64,000 nucleotides of DNA, from assembly GCA_028023455.1 (NCBI GenBank), contig JAQFVV010000002.1, positions 26,598,001 to 26,662,000 on the forward strand. The letters run 5' to 3'. Within the stretch, counting starts at the first letter, position 1. The number at the start of each line of letters is the position of its first letter. The position numbers and the translations under genes were made by a program. Source of the DNA: Epiperipatus broadwayi. Its lineage: Eukaryota > Animalia > Onychophora. Shown here piece after piece: positions 13,036 through 26,429 of this stretch. The notes beneath the pieces are model-generated. The model searched no databases. It was not told where the DNA came from and saw nothing but the letters and a program-made list of their open reading frames with translations.

Positions 13036-13130
13036 GTCAAGCGTTGTTAGCCGAGAGGTCAGCGCAGTAGTTGGTTGCAGACAGTTGTTGCGGGTTCGCC
13101 TCTCGGGCGATGCTATGACATATGGGGAAA
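13036..13130 (+). mobile_element. tRNA-derived SINE, family 1, with 13-bp TSD
   Basis: A-box TAGCCGAGAGG, B-box GGGTTCGCCTC. AAAATGATGAGAC at 13023-13035 and 13131-13143. Confidence 0.85.
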
Positions 13131-13299
13131 AAAATGATGAGACAACGAAATGGAGATGAACATTTTCATTTATCCATTATTTAAATCTTAACCAGACTCC
13201 ATTATATCTATAATTTCAAAACAGATCCCACATACATGTTATTTTATCTTTTTATATATTTTTGGCTATTGATGGCTGCTGATACTTAATTATTGTCAT

Positions 13300-15280
13300 A
13301 AAATATTTAGACTCAGTTTAAAGCAGATTATTGTCATTGGTGGTCACATTAGTGCTGAATCTGTCTCACCCCTGGATCACTGGTCAATTGCACATACAAT
13401 TTTGCCACCATATATTATCCAAGCAATATATTGTCCATTAGAACTGAGAATCAGTGCAACAATACTCATATGCGCATTCAATTCGGCCATTAAAAAAATC
13501 CATTGGGTCTTCTGCCATAGGTGTAACTCCAATAACAAAACCAATACCAGGAATCCGTATCTTATATACAGATAACTCCAAGAAATCTCAGCTGAGGGTC
13601 TAGCCGAGAGAAGGTTGACCATTTTCATAATACACGAGGGTAAATATACAATAAGTATGTAGACACTCAATCCAATACAGACACCTGTTGAGAAATATAT
13701 CATGACACCATATTAGCACACCTCATCATCCCTAGTACACATCAAGGTTCTTTTCTTAAGAGGTTACAAATGCATCCTGAATAGTGAATTTTATTTGATG
13801 CTTCTCGGTCAAAATTTCTTTTTTATTTTACCCAGCTTGTAGCTACTGTCATGGTCTTTGGATCATTTTATTATTTTACTATTTAATATCCACATTTTAT
13901 TTATCAGTTGCATTTTTTTTTTTTTTTAGCAAGCTGATATTATCTTCATATCTATCTTGGGTTGTCACTTTCAATGTTTACATCATTTTTTCATTTATCA
14001 AATGGTGTATTTATTTAAGTAATTCTGCATTTTCTAAAATCATTCATCTCAAAACAGATCCAGGATTGTCAAAATGTAGTAGAACATGCTTATTATTAAT
14101 CTAAATGTCATTTTTTAGAATTCTGCAGCGGGTTTTATCATCTACAATTTGTAATATTTTCTACAACTTCATAATCACTTTATTTCTTCCTGTTGGACTT
14201 GATTTTATTCCTTTTATTTTCTAGCTCTGGTGATCTGTCAAGGATACTTTGTTTTCTCGATCTTGGATAACTCTGTGAATGCCTCATTATTCGTTTTCTC
14301 CATACTACCTGCACTTTTTCTGCATCGTCTATTTTTCCTATATGAATGATATCTGTAGATGTCATTCACATCCATATAGCCAATATATGTTTCACTTCAT
14401 TATTTACAAATTGTCTCTAGTGATTAAAAATATTTTTTTTTTTGTAATTGAAATATTTTGCTGGACGACTGCTTAGATCAAGTATATTGAGCAGCTTAGC
14501 TACCTGTTTAATGGATTAACAATAAGAGCCGTTGAACATTTATTCAATTTTAAGAGACACATTTCTCCATATAATCCAACTGATCTGACTTTCAGTTAGA
14601 GGATGAGCAGTTAGCAGCCTCAATCTTGCCTTCTGAAGAAAGTGGTATATGCTGTACTGCATTTACAGAAAACGATCAACACCTTTTCTGAGAGACTTGG
14701 TACAATTTATTTCCTTAATACTACTCTTGAGTCCAATAAATGTCCAATGACGGTAATAGGCTTGGTAAACAGAAAATTCCACCATGTTTGAGATGCTCCA
14801 TATAAGTGGCTAAAAGTTATTATCATTTTACTTTCTTCTGGTATCAAGTTTAAACTGATATATTTTTCTAGGCTGCTCATGTTCAATAGGTGCTGCACCT
14901 CATTATTTTGTACAGGGTTCAACCTTATCTTTTGAGTTCTGTTTTATCTTCATCAATAAAATTTGCCATTATTTGAACCCTTTTTTTTTTTTTTATCAAT
15001 TCTAATTCTTTTAACTTGTTGAGTTCCATTTAACCTCTATTTTTTCCAGTGCCAAATAATTTCTTCACATCTTCTGATTAGAATCTTTTAATTTTTTTAA
15101 ATTTCTGTGTTAGTTTTTTATTGAACATCCCTAACCATTTCTTCATTTTTCTTTCTACCTTAACTCTGCAGTTTATTTAGTTTTTAAATAATTTCTTTTA
15201 TATTTTTCTGCACATTCAATATAGTTACTTCATTTTACTTTATATTTTCCTGAATATTTTACATAGCTTCTTCCTTTTGA
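13300..15280 (-). pseudogene. Decayed LINE 5' part (coiled-coil ORF1-like region plus AP-endonuclease relic)
   Basis: The ORF 13377-13703 contains IVYLPS and LNAH (APE xYxP and GDFNAH-like motifs), with a CDH (SDH-like) motif downstream. A Lys/Glu-rich region lies upstream. Confidence 0.45.
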
Positions 15281-15289
15281 TATTATAAC

Positions 15290-16510
15290 GATCCGGAGAA
15301 AAAGACGTAACATTATCTGCACTACAAGGGCGCCATCTAGGTATTTGAACCTAGAAAAATTTATATAGTAGGCAGATACGTAAGTTAAAAAAAAAATTTT
15401 TTTTTATATTGATTGATTCCGGTCGTTAGCCCATTGTCACAAGCTCAGTGGAATAGCAGAGATTTATATTTTATAAATTCTTATCTACAAATATTTTTTT
15501 TTAAAAAGAATAAAATAAGCCACTGCCAGTAATTATACACACAAACATTTATTAACGCACATATAAATTTTGAATCATTTTAACATTACTTTTACTTTAT
15601 AATTTTAACTTGATTTTAGAATTTGATTTTACATTTTAATTTTTATAAGTTTACATTTTAAATTTTATAAGTTCGCACAGATGGATTTATAAAATGTGTT
15701 TTTAATGTTGAGTATAGATCGGTTACATAGATTACACGGTCAAAAACATTTCAAAATAAACATAAACGATCAAAATATAAAATCATTGGTGGAATTGCAG
15801 AGGGAAATTTATAAGAAACCCAATAGCATTCATCATAAGATGCCGCAGAGACACCAATAACTTAAAAGACATCCGACATAAATACATCTTAGATACTCAC
15901 CGTAAGGTATCAGTATTTACCGAATGTCTATATATTTTGATCAAATATGAAAACCAAAAACATAATTAACCGGTAACGAACCCATGCAAGCGTCTATACC
16001 CAACTTAAATTTAATGCATTTTTATTTAGAGTGTCGAGTATGAATAGACTACATAGATTGCACTTGAAAAGAAAATATTCTACCCTTGTTTAACCTTAGA
16101 CCAAAAGTTCGCAGTCAAACCAACTTCAATCCATCTGATATATCGATGTATTCAATGTAATATGAAAACGACAGCACAAATAGGTTAAGAGAAGAAATTG
16201 CCTTTCGTCAGATAGGAATACTACATCTGACAATAAGAGCAATAAAAAAAAAATCCATAGGAAAAGACTACGGTCATTTTGCCGACTTACGATCGCATTC
16301 CACGGGCAAAAGAAAGTGTGTGGTGTGAAAAGCGATTCTGCCCGTAGCGAATCTCGTACTACATCTACTAATTACACCAATATATCCAATCCATTGACCT
16401 AATTCAACTACGAAACAAATAACCTAAGATTACCCTCCCCTAATATAACTTTACAAATCTATATAGCCATTCACGCCCGACTTAAGTTTAACATTTATAT
16501 AATTTAATTT
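15290..16510. promoter_or_regulatory. CpG-retaining segment: possible unmethylated promoter/first exon, or a young insertion
   Basis: Visibly more CG dinucleotides than the rest of the window, a YY1-like GCGCCATCT near 15330, and splice-donor-like GTAAGT at 15380 (+) and GTGAGT at 15895-15900 (-). Confidence 0.3.
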
Positions 16511-16559
16511 ATCGCAAAACAAAAATCATAAATAAAACTTAAAGAACAAAAAAAAAATA

Positions 16560-18400
16560 AATGGAAATGATTTTACAAAAAAGAAATACATCAAATAAAA
16601 TTATAACTAATTAATAAATAATTTAGTTTGGTCAGATAGGAATCTATTTCTATTTTTTTTTAAATATGGAAAGTTTTTAATTTAATGTTCATGAATTATC
16701 TAAAGTTCTTACGGTTTTAAAAGGTCCATAATTTGTAGTTGTTTGTAATTTTGAACGGGAATTCCCACGCTGTCCTGAAGATATTGGTATCCAGTTAGCC
16801 GTTGTTTTTTATTTATCCAGGAGGTCTTTTACTTTAGCTGGTCCTTAATGTAGAAAACGATCGGTCATTTCTCTTTCTTTTTTTATAACCACTGAAGGAA
16901 TTGAAAGTGCGTCTTTCAATTCCTTCTCCTCCAACCCTCTCCAACTTAACACATATCTGTCCTCTTGTAATAACTAACTAATAATTTCCAAACTTTTCCT
17001 TTTATATTAATTTTAAGGATTCAATTGACATTATGTCATCGATGCGATGGTCCTTTTGCTGAGGTCCGATTCCATTGTTTTTCTCTCCTATCTGACCTTT
17101 GCTTATACACTTTAAATGCCCAAGGGCTAGTTTATATTTAACTAATTAAAACAATCATTTCCATTTTTCAATAATACCAATTAATTTGTTTTCCAAACTT
17201 AAAGATATATTTTTATCTCTAAATCTTTTTGTTGAAAGATTTAGTTTTTCTATTTTTAATAAAGTTTTATTTTAATAATTTTTTTTTTTTATCTGTGCGA
17301 TTATATATATATATATTTGAGTTTAGATGATATTTAATTTCAATTTTTAATTCTTAAACAAAAGAAGTTTTTATTTGCGAACTTTTCTTTTTTCGTGTTT
17401 AATAAAAAAAATAATGTAACGACGTCTGTGCCCATTACAATATATATATTTCTGGATATTTAATATAACTTTCTTAATTTAATTTTCTATTTTATTCGTT
17501 TTGTATTATTATTTCAAGCATTTGAACCTCCATCTTTTCCAGTTCTCTTTGTATTCTATTTGGCTTTTTTGCATTTTTTCTGATATTTGATTAAATTTAT
17601 CTTCCTAGTTTTTAGTTATGCCTTTTAATAGATCTTAATTTTCAATCTTTATTTTTTTCTTTTATTTCTTCAGTGCTGTCACCATTACTTGTTTACTTTC
17701 TTTATTTTGTGATTTGTTCTCTGTTCTTATTATTTTTATATATTTTCATTTATCCTTCTCTCTATTGTTTGATAACTTTCTTTCATTATCACCTCCATCA
17801 TTTTCACAAGCATTTTCATATTAAAACCAACATTTGGATTATGCATATTTTAATGATCTGTATATTGTTGGCTATTATTTTAAACTGCTATTGATGCTTT
17901 TGCTTCATTTTCAATTCTCTCCATTTTTTCTGATTGCCTTATTTTTAATTTTAGATCTTGTTAACATTGACTATATTATCTGACTATTAGCATACTTTCT
18001 ATTATAACACTATTTTCATCAAATAGTCTATTCATCTCACCCTTGCACTATACCTCACCACCATGCAAACTAACTACACTTAAGTCCATTTCAATATTTT
18101 CACATCCTTTTTTTTAAAAAAATCTGCTCTTTGTATCTTCCCATTAATTTCACTTGCTTTATTTGCTTTTGTTAATTATTATACTTTTTTCTTCATTATT
18201 ACTATTTATATATTTTTAATCATATTTATTTATATAATTTGTGATGATCTCTGGTCCTAATTCATACTATCTATCTACTTTGAATTAACTAGTATTCTGG
18301 CTCTTATCCTATTAATTTAGGCCACTCGATTCAACTATTATATACCTAAATAAATTTTCTCAGGGTATATCCTTTTTTATATATCTATATTTTATTGAGC
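16560..18400 (-). pseudogene. Decayed L1/Tx1-like LINE ORF2, internally deleted
   Basis: RYIIVE (APE GRYIIV motif) near 18330 and TAWEFPFKITNNYKLWTF (pre-zinc-knuckle C-terminal motif of L1/Tx1 ORF2) near 16720-16780. Many stops. Confidence 0.55.
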
Positions 18401-18418
18401 CATGCTTGGGAAGCCATT

Positions 18419-20698
18419 TATTGTATCAGTAACCCATCACTGATAAAATAATGATGAATAATTTATTTAGACTTACCATTCATATATCACTAGACACAGA
18501 TAATGCATCTGGTGTCTGTACATTATTATACAATAATATTCATTTTGACAGTGTGCATAAAGTTTAATAAAATTGGATATGATGGTGATCAAACCGTCTG
18601 TTCTCTATATGAATATTTATGTAAGGTCCTCTATATGTTATATTTCTTGATCATCATGCACCAAATTCTATCTCAGAGGGTCACATTTAATATTCATTCA
18701 TAAGGGTTTTGTTATACGTATGGGTTATAAACCTAATTACCTGAATTCAAAGTACCACTTTCTTTTAGAAAGACCACATATGAATATTTTACTCTCTGGA
18801 ATCATCATCACAGTTCTTGCACCAAATTATATCTCAGAGGATCACATTTAATATTCATAAATAGAGTTTTGTTATATATACAGGTTCTAAGCTTAATGAC
18901 CTGAATTCAATGCATCACTTTGTTTTAGAAAGACCACATATGAATATTTTACATTCTGGAATTATCATCGCAGTTCTTGCACAAAATTCTATCTCAGAGG
19001 GTCACATTTTTTGTTCATTCATAATGGTTCTATTATATGTACAGGTTTTAAATTTAATTACCTGAATTCAAAGCATCATTTTCTTTTAGAAATATTACAT
19101 ATGAATATTTTAATCTCTGGAATCACCATTGCAGTTCACTCAGTAACAATCCAACTTTCTTCAGCTCAGAACTTGAGCGCTCAACTTAATAGGGGACTTA
19201 ATATGTACACATTGGAGATAAGACTGCTGAGAGAATGATGCACAACTACCAAATAAATAAAATAAAATATTAGCAATTTATTTAGACATTCTCAATTGAT
19301 TTGATAAAAAAATACAAAAATCTACCTAACATTATGTATAAAAAAATATAAACATATCTAAATAAATTACACCTATATCTTAAGATATCTTAAGAATATT
19401 CGTTAATGAAACAAATATAAATAATATAGGTTCAAATATCAATAAAAAAATTAAAAAGTTAAAATGCTAATTTTTAACATTTACAAATTATATTACTATT
19501 TTAATAAGGCCTTCCATATATATGTGTAAATCATTTAATTCTTATAGCAAGTTTAATGCAAATGAATTTAATAAGTTTACTGATGAACTATTTCTGATTT
19601 TAATTCTTACAATGTAACTGTTGGGTAATTTTAGCATGAGCGTTCTAAGTTTTCAGTTAATTTGTTGCCTAACAATATGGGCAAGATAAGAACAGGCAAT
19701 TGGAAAACAGTTCAATAGGCAAAGATTACATTTTACTAGGTCTGTTTTTGGCCTTTTTATTGGCAATTTTCTGAAGTTAGCGACTCTATTATGGGTTTTG
19801 ACTGGCAGATTTCTGGTGCACTTAGCAGTTTATGCTCGTTTTATTCTCAACTAAGTTGGACATTTTTTCTGGTTATATGTCAATTCTGAAAAGTACTATA
19901 ATAGTGATTTGAAATATGCTAGAATGATTCTGCAACTAAAATTGAATTTTTTAGTTTTTTACATATTTCCCATAAGCTTAAAGTCAATAAAAACGTTAAC
20001 CTTTAATTTGTGATCACCAATAATTTTTAATTATACTATATTCATGCTTGTATCTGCATAATCCCATGGTTTTATATAAAAAGCATTAGATCCTAAATTT
20101 GGATAATTTGTTTACATTCTGTTATTGACCTGCCGCTGCTATGGCTCTCCTGCTTTCCGCAGACATTGTAATCTGCTTTTTGTCTTTTTAAAATAATCTT
20201 TCGTTAAGTCATGACAAACCTTTACAGAAAGCCTACAAATGTTTACCCTTATCTTTAAATCCTGGTTTTAGTTTTCTCTTTCGTAATTATTTAATTATAG
20301 TTCTGATTAAATTTATCCATAATCAAAGCTTATCAACACAAATTAGATTGTTTTTTACAAATAGTTTATAACTTTGATTAAGCTATTAATCAAGGTCATA
20401 AAATATATAATTTAAATTTTTAACTTAGCATATTAGAAATATTAGAAATATGCAAAGTTTTACAAATTTGGACAATCTTCAAAATTAAAAATAATTATAA
20501 ATTCAACTTATAACATTAATCTAATCTACATATGCAGATGTATGAAATCAATTGAGATAATTTTTATTATATTATTTTATTCCGTAATATTCAATTTTAT
20601 CTGGAAATGTTTAATAACTCATTTTAAGCTCATTTTATGGAGGCAACTTATAATATTGGTATTACTAGAATTGACCAGTGTCCATAATTATTACAATA
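18419..20698. mobile_element. Unclassified ~2-kb repeat 'D', copy 2, with internal ~125-bp tandem expansion
   Basis: Homologous to 11059-13012. About 3.5 copies of a TATCTCAGAGG...CAGTTCTTGCAC unit at about 18665-19140. Confidence 0.75.
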
Positions 20699-20699
20699 T

Positions 20700-21330
20700 A
20701 TGGGACCCGAACTCGAACTTTCATGAAAGCTCCTTATATCTGTACAATCTATCTTATATAACTGATACACATGACCACATATATGTGAAAAAAATAAATG
20801 ATCCCCAATATATGGTATTTCATGCTTAACCGCACTCATCAGTTGACCCAGATCACAATCTCACACACGTATATGTAATCAGTGCTCAGTTTGTACTAAG
20901 ATAGCAAATCTTTAAATTTTAATGGACAAACTTCAATCTCCTCCACTGTCCAACTTTTCAGTTATCCATTTCATTGAAAATTCAAGGATGGAATGCTCAA
21001 CGCCCTTATTGATGGATTTTCAATGAAATGGCTGGCTGAAGACTTGGAGAGTGGAGAAGATTGAAGCTTGACCATTAAAATTTAAAGATTTGCTATCTTA
21101 ATATAAATTGAACACTGATGGCGATCTGGATCAACTGATGAATGCTGATTCAGCTCAAAATACATATATTGAGATCATTTATTTTGTTTACATGCATGTG
21201 GTCATATGTATCAGTATAAGATAGATTGGATAGATATAGGGAGCTTGAAAGTTCGAGTTCAGGTCCCTTATAACTACATTAAGTTTAGTATAGATAATTT
21301 ACATATATTTAAGTATTATATGTATATAAA
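20700..21330. mobile_element. HHR repeat family A, inverted duplication
   Basis: 20700-21010 and 21010-21330 are reverse-complementary family A arms. The right-arm hammerhead (21130-21173) is G12A. Confidence 0.9.
20804..20847 (-). ncRNA. Hammerhead ribozyme (family A), core intact, helix I weakened
   Basis: GGTCAA CTGATGA GTGC-GGTTAA-GCAT GAAA TACCATA TA TTGGG. Confidence 0.7.
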
Positions 21331-22374
21331 GAGATAGAGAGAGCATATATCATCCTGAATACATACCAGATTAACAAATAGATTACATATTTGCATTGAA
21401 TTGCAAATTCATTTTGTTTGCTTAAAACTACAAATAGTAATTTAATCATCAAAAATTAATTGTAATAATTTATATTTATAAATATAATGAAAACATAATA
21501 ATTAATGTGGAGCTATAATTAGGACAATATACACATCAGGGTTTCTTTATCCTATTTGTTGTTTTGGGAGAAAATTCCAAATTAAACCTTTAATTATAAT
21601 ATACATTACTGGAATCTGTTATTTCCACCACTATTTTGCTTTACCTTATCTTCAGTCTCTTTGGTTAATTAGTTTTTGGTCATAGCCCTTCATGCCAATC
21701 AGTATCTATTTATCTATCTATGCTGTGAGAATGGATTTGTGTGCTTGTTTAATCATAATTCATTCTTCAATTACACCCGTAACATTTCAGACTCTTAACA
21801 TTTTCTTTTTAGTTTTATATTCCAAGATTTATCATTGGGTAACTTTTTCTTTTTTTTGTCATTTTATTTTTCCGGAGTTAGAACAGCCATTATCATTTAG
21901 GAGTGGTTTCTAATGATGATGATAATGTTAATTTTAAACGTAAGAAAAGCTTCATAATGGGATTTTTCTTACTATTGGTTAGTACTATTTTTTAATTTTC
22001 GTGATCATTATAAAAAGAAAGTGTTATATTCTGTGATAATTTATAGCATTTAATAACTTAAAGGTAAGTATCTATTCATTTAATTTATATATTTAAAAAG
22101 CTCATTTTTTGGTGTATGTTTATATAAGTGGGTTGTAAATGTTTTTATAAAATTAGAGGAAAAAATTAATTCTCCCGCACAGTGTTGAAATGACAAACGG
22201 TAATTATGAAATTGACAGAATTTGAGCGTTTTGTTTACTTTGAAATAATTCCGAATATGTATAAAACTAGTTAATAGTAAATCAATATTTGCATAATTCA
22301 TTTACTCGCTTGTTATTATATTAAAGTAAAAGTGTAAATACTGTTTTTTATCCTTTTTTAAGGTATTTAAGAAA

Positions 22375-22632
22375 AGAAGCTAAATTATTATTGTTTAGAA
22401 TTTAAAATGAGTTAATAATCAATTTTAATTGCCCGGTGTAGTTTAATACAGTCGCAGGAGAGTCAGACTCTAGAGTATAAAATACTAGGATCGATTCCAG
22501 TTCATATACGGGAGGGGAAGGCTAAATTATTACTGTTTAGAATTTAAAATGAGTTAATAATCAATTTTAATTGCCCGATGTGGTTTAATACAATCGCAGG
22601 AGTGAAGATCCTAGGATCGATTCCAGTTCAGA
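22375..22632 (+). repeat. ~140-bp tandem duplication containing a Pol III/tRNA-like cassette
   Basis: GCTAAATTATTA.TGTTTAGAATTT...GCAGGAG occurs twice. Each unit has a B-box-like GGATCGATTCC. Confidence 0.6.
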
Positions 22633-23234
22633 TGTTTCTAGCGCTCAAATTGCTTATGAACTCCAAAGCAACAAAACCATTTATTATTAGTTTTGCCCTG
22701 CTTGATTTGGTATAGTGGCAGATTGTCAGTCTCCGGAGCATAAGATCTTCGTACCCATTCTAGTTCTAGCATCCAAACAATGAAGTTATTTGATTATTTT
22801 ATTTAATTTTACTCTATATAGTTATACAACAAAGAATTGCTACACTTTAGAGTTGTATCCAAGCATGATTTCAATTTTTTTAAAATTTTTTATTAAGAAA
22901 AACATTTTCTTTAGAATAAATACACAAATTCTTGTTATACATTAATAACTTGGATAGTAGATCCAATGGCTACTCCACGTCAGTTAATACACCAAGTATT
23001 TCAGGTATCATGCTATTGTATCTTGCAACTGAGGTATGTCTGCCCCAAAGACTTCACCTGGGAGTTCATGTGCTAGTTTTATTGTTTTTATTAGATTGGA
23101 GATTGAACCATCCTTTCGTTTATAGATTGAACATGAGTTTTATTCGAATTTAGTCTCACTTCTTATCCGTGATTTCAATTTTAGCAGAGGATTTTCTGTT
23201 TATAATATTTATTTCAGAATAAATTTTTCGCTCT

Positions 23235-24230
23235 GTTTTTCTGCAATAAATGTAATAGGTTCAAAAAATTTTAAAATATTTTTAATAACAAAACTCGTTT
23301 GAATTTGTAATAAAGAAACTATATTTAAAGCTGGACACTTTTTAATATCAAAATCATAGCAATATATGACTAAAGGAAGTTGAGATCTAGATTTAAAGTT
23401 GCTTTTGAATATTAAATACTAGATTATTATAAAATTGAATTTTTAGGAATAGATTTACATACTAATGATAATGAAAGTGGTTGCTATAAGTACCTTTTTT
23501 TTTTTTTTTTAGAAAGACAGGTGCTAGAGTTCTTTTTATTGATGGCATGATGATCTTTAGCTATTGACACACTTCCTTCATCTTTCTTTTTCTGTCATCT
23601 ACCTTGGAACAAACAATGTCAGCTGTAAAGAGATCAAAATTATGGCCTGATTGCAACTCATGATTCAAGAAAACAGAAGAATATTTAATGTTTCTCTTGG
23701 TCCAGTTGTACAGATATATACGCCGGGAAAGTCTTGTGGATAAGTTAGCTTGGGTTTCACCATTGTAAGACTTGAAGCAATTAGGTTCTTTGCAATTAAA
23801 TTTTGTACACAATTTGAGGTGAAGCCTTTCTAGGTGAATTGCAATCAGGCCATAACTTTGACCTCTCTACAGCTGACATAGTTTGTCGCAAGAGAGATGA
23901 CAGAAAAAGAAAGATGAAGGAAGTGTGGTCAATAGCTAAAGATCATCACTCCATCAATAAAAATGACTCCAACAGCTTTCTTTCTAAAAAATGGTATTTG
24001 TAGCAACCACTTTCATTATTAGTATGTAAATCTACTCCTAAAGATTCCATTTTATGCTAATTTAATATTCAAAAATAACTGTAAATCAAGATTTCAACTT
24101 CCTTTAGTCACATGATTGTGATTCTTCTCAGTATTGAAAGTGCTTAGCTTTAAATAAATTTATTTTATTACAAATTCTAACCTGTTTTGTTCTTAAAAAG
24201 GTTTTAACATTTTTTGATCCATTACAATAT
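23235..24230. mobile_element. Penelope-like element 3' relic (GIY-YIG endonuclease) with inverted duplication
   Basis: Minus strand 23561-23815 gives IVYK/FNCKEPNCFKSYNGET..L.TRL...SSVFLNH..QSGHNFD...DDRKRKMKE (GIY-YIG halves plus the typical GH.FD..E..I tail). 23835-24230 is the inverted copy of about 23235-23665. Confidence 0.85.
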
Positions 24231-25404
24231 ATATTTCACCATAATTCTACTTTAAATGATTCACTAAGTAGACATTTTTGTTTATTCCAAATGGTTTTAG
24301 TAGTAATCCATAACAAATAAAAATCTCTCCATTCTCTCTCTAGAGAGAAACATTAGTCAAACAACTCACCAAACTAGACAAATGCATTTCTGGAGCTTAT
24401 AATTTTTCTCTCCCTTGTTTTGCTTATACTTTTGTTGGTTCAAAGACAGCTTGCTGTTTATTATACTGTACATAACTTTCTGGGTTGATTCTGAATAAAG
24501 GTTCAAAACTTTTTATAAATGAAATATGGTTATGTTTTTCTAATGATAAGTTAACATTTCTTTGATTTTGATTACAGAAGAAGAATCATAGAAGATTGTT
24601 TAAGATAATATATGTTAATGGATTGAATAAGATGATACAGAAAAGTGCAATTAATGGTTTCTATATGCTAGATGTATACGAATAAGTGCTATAGTAAAAG
24701 TAAGCATACATTAGATGCTAAATAAAGTGTTGTGGTCATTAAGGTGATCAACTCAAGGCCATAAAGTGCCATATGTATTATCTACAAATAAAATAGTATA
24801 TGGAAAAAAAGAGGGTGGGCTTTAAGTGTAATCTTAACAAGTGTAATCTTAACAATGCTACAAAATAAGTTTATAATATAACTCTCTTAGGCACTGTTGT
24901 AAAGAGAATTATGTAAGTCTATACACATACATCAATTTCGTTATTGACCAATACTAATTATTTGGATAACAAAAGACTGCTAAATGTGCGTACAAGAATA
25001 AAAACATAACATACATAATCTATTATTTAAATAAATTTATTGTTATAAAATAATTTAATTATTAATTAATTGTAGTAATAATAATAATAAATAAATAAAT
25101 TAGAAAAATCTGACAAATATTCTCCAATAATTCAAATGTACTTTTTTTATATATTTCTGACTCTACAAATAACATACATTAATTTCAAAATAAAACTGTA
25201 AATGCAGTAATATTGTTAAAATTATGGTTTATATATAAATAAAAATGGTCATAAATAAAACACACGTTGTATATGCATCCGCTTATGTACGTCTAGTGAT
25301 ACAAAAAATATTCCACTTATTTAATTATTGCTGTATAGTTATAGGCTAATCCACTTTTCTATAGATAAATCGCACCTAAGCTAAATAGAACATGATAATC
25401 ATAT

Positions 25405-25625
25405 ATATACAGATGTTTATTTAAACTTCATTGTATCAATATTTCAATCTCTGTGGTCAAGTTGCAATCTTTAAGTGTCCATATATATTCATTGGACCAT
25501 TGTAAGAGTGGATTTCCAATCTTATTATTAAAAGGAGAGAGGTTGCTTTGACAACAGTGAGAAATATTGATTACTATCTATATTGGTATGTTTAGGTGGT
25601 TACTGGTTTCTACTGGTTATATACA
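25405..25625. mobile_element. Foldback MITE, decayed second copy of 45229-45472
   Basis: Shares GGACCATT..AG.AGTGGATTTC and GTGAGAAATATTGAT..ATGTTTAGGTGGTTACTGG with the 45229 element. Confidence 0.65.
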
Positions 25626-26429
25626 AACGTGTATTTTATACTATAAAATTAAATTCACGTACTAATTTTAAATTATATTTAATATATAGACCAAATTATT
25701 TTCACAATATATAAATATTTTTTTCTACGTTTGCTTGTAAAAAATACAAACATATTGATTATTATTTAACTATTTTGATTTTCAACTGTCGTTTATCATA
25801 AATATAATTCTTAGGCCGTAAAGAAAAAAGATATTTGACCAATTTTACATTTTCTAACCATAAAACTAATCAAGAATCTTTTTTGAAAATTTATACAATA
25901 AGCAATTTAAAATTCTTTACTTAGTATCTATAAATTATAATTTCTTTTCGTTTGGGATATTTATTTGTTCTTTTTTTTTTTTTTCCCCACACTGTGCTTG
26001 GAGTTTTGTCAAGTTTCTTTTTTCAATCTTGATCAATCCTTTTCTTAAAACTCAATTTATTATACGTAAAATACTTTTCCTTTTTTACAGTCATGAAATA
26101 AATTTTTCTTTTTCATTTTTTTAGCGCTGGAGATAATATTCAAATCATATATCACTATAAATGTAGACTGGTCAGTTATTTTTATCAGCAGTATATTTTT
26201 CTGTCAACACAGCTTCTATATGTACAAAGGTTGGCTTCATATATATTGCCTTATAGAAATATCCTGGTTCAATCAGCTTCATTTAGAGATAATATACATG
26301 AAATAAAAGAAATAAAATATGTACAGGGAAGTATAAGTAGATACTGGAAAAACAGAGTATTGACTTATAATAAGGTTTAAGCAAAATAAACTTGACAATA
26401 AAATTTCTTATTAACATACGTATAAAATC

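Noticed and set aside
13036-13130. tRNA gene call for the tRNA-like sequences
   Set aside because: There is no proper cloverleaf acceptor stem, and A-tails, TSDs and multiple decayed copies indicate SINEs.
24575-24700. Possible upstream BTB/BACK exon of the kelch gene
   Set aside because: An acceptor-like AG is present, but the frames have early stops or lack BACK-domain similarity.
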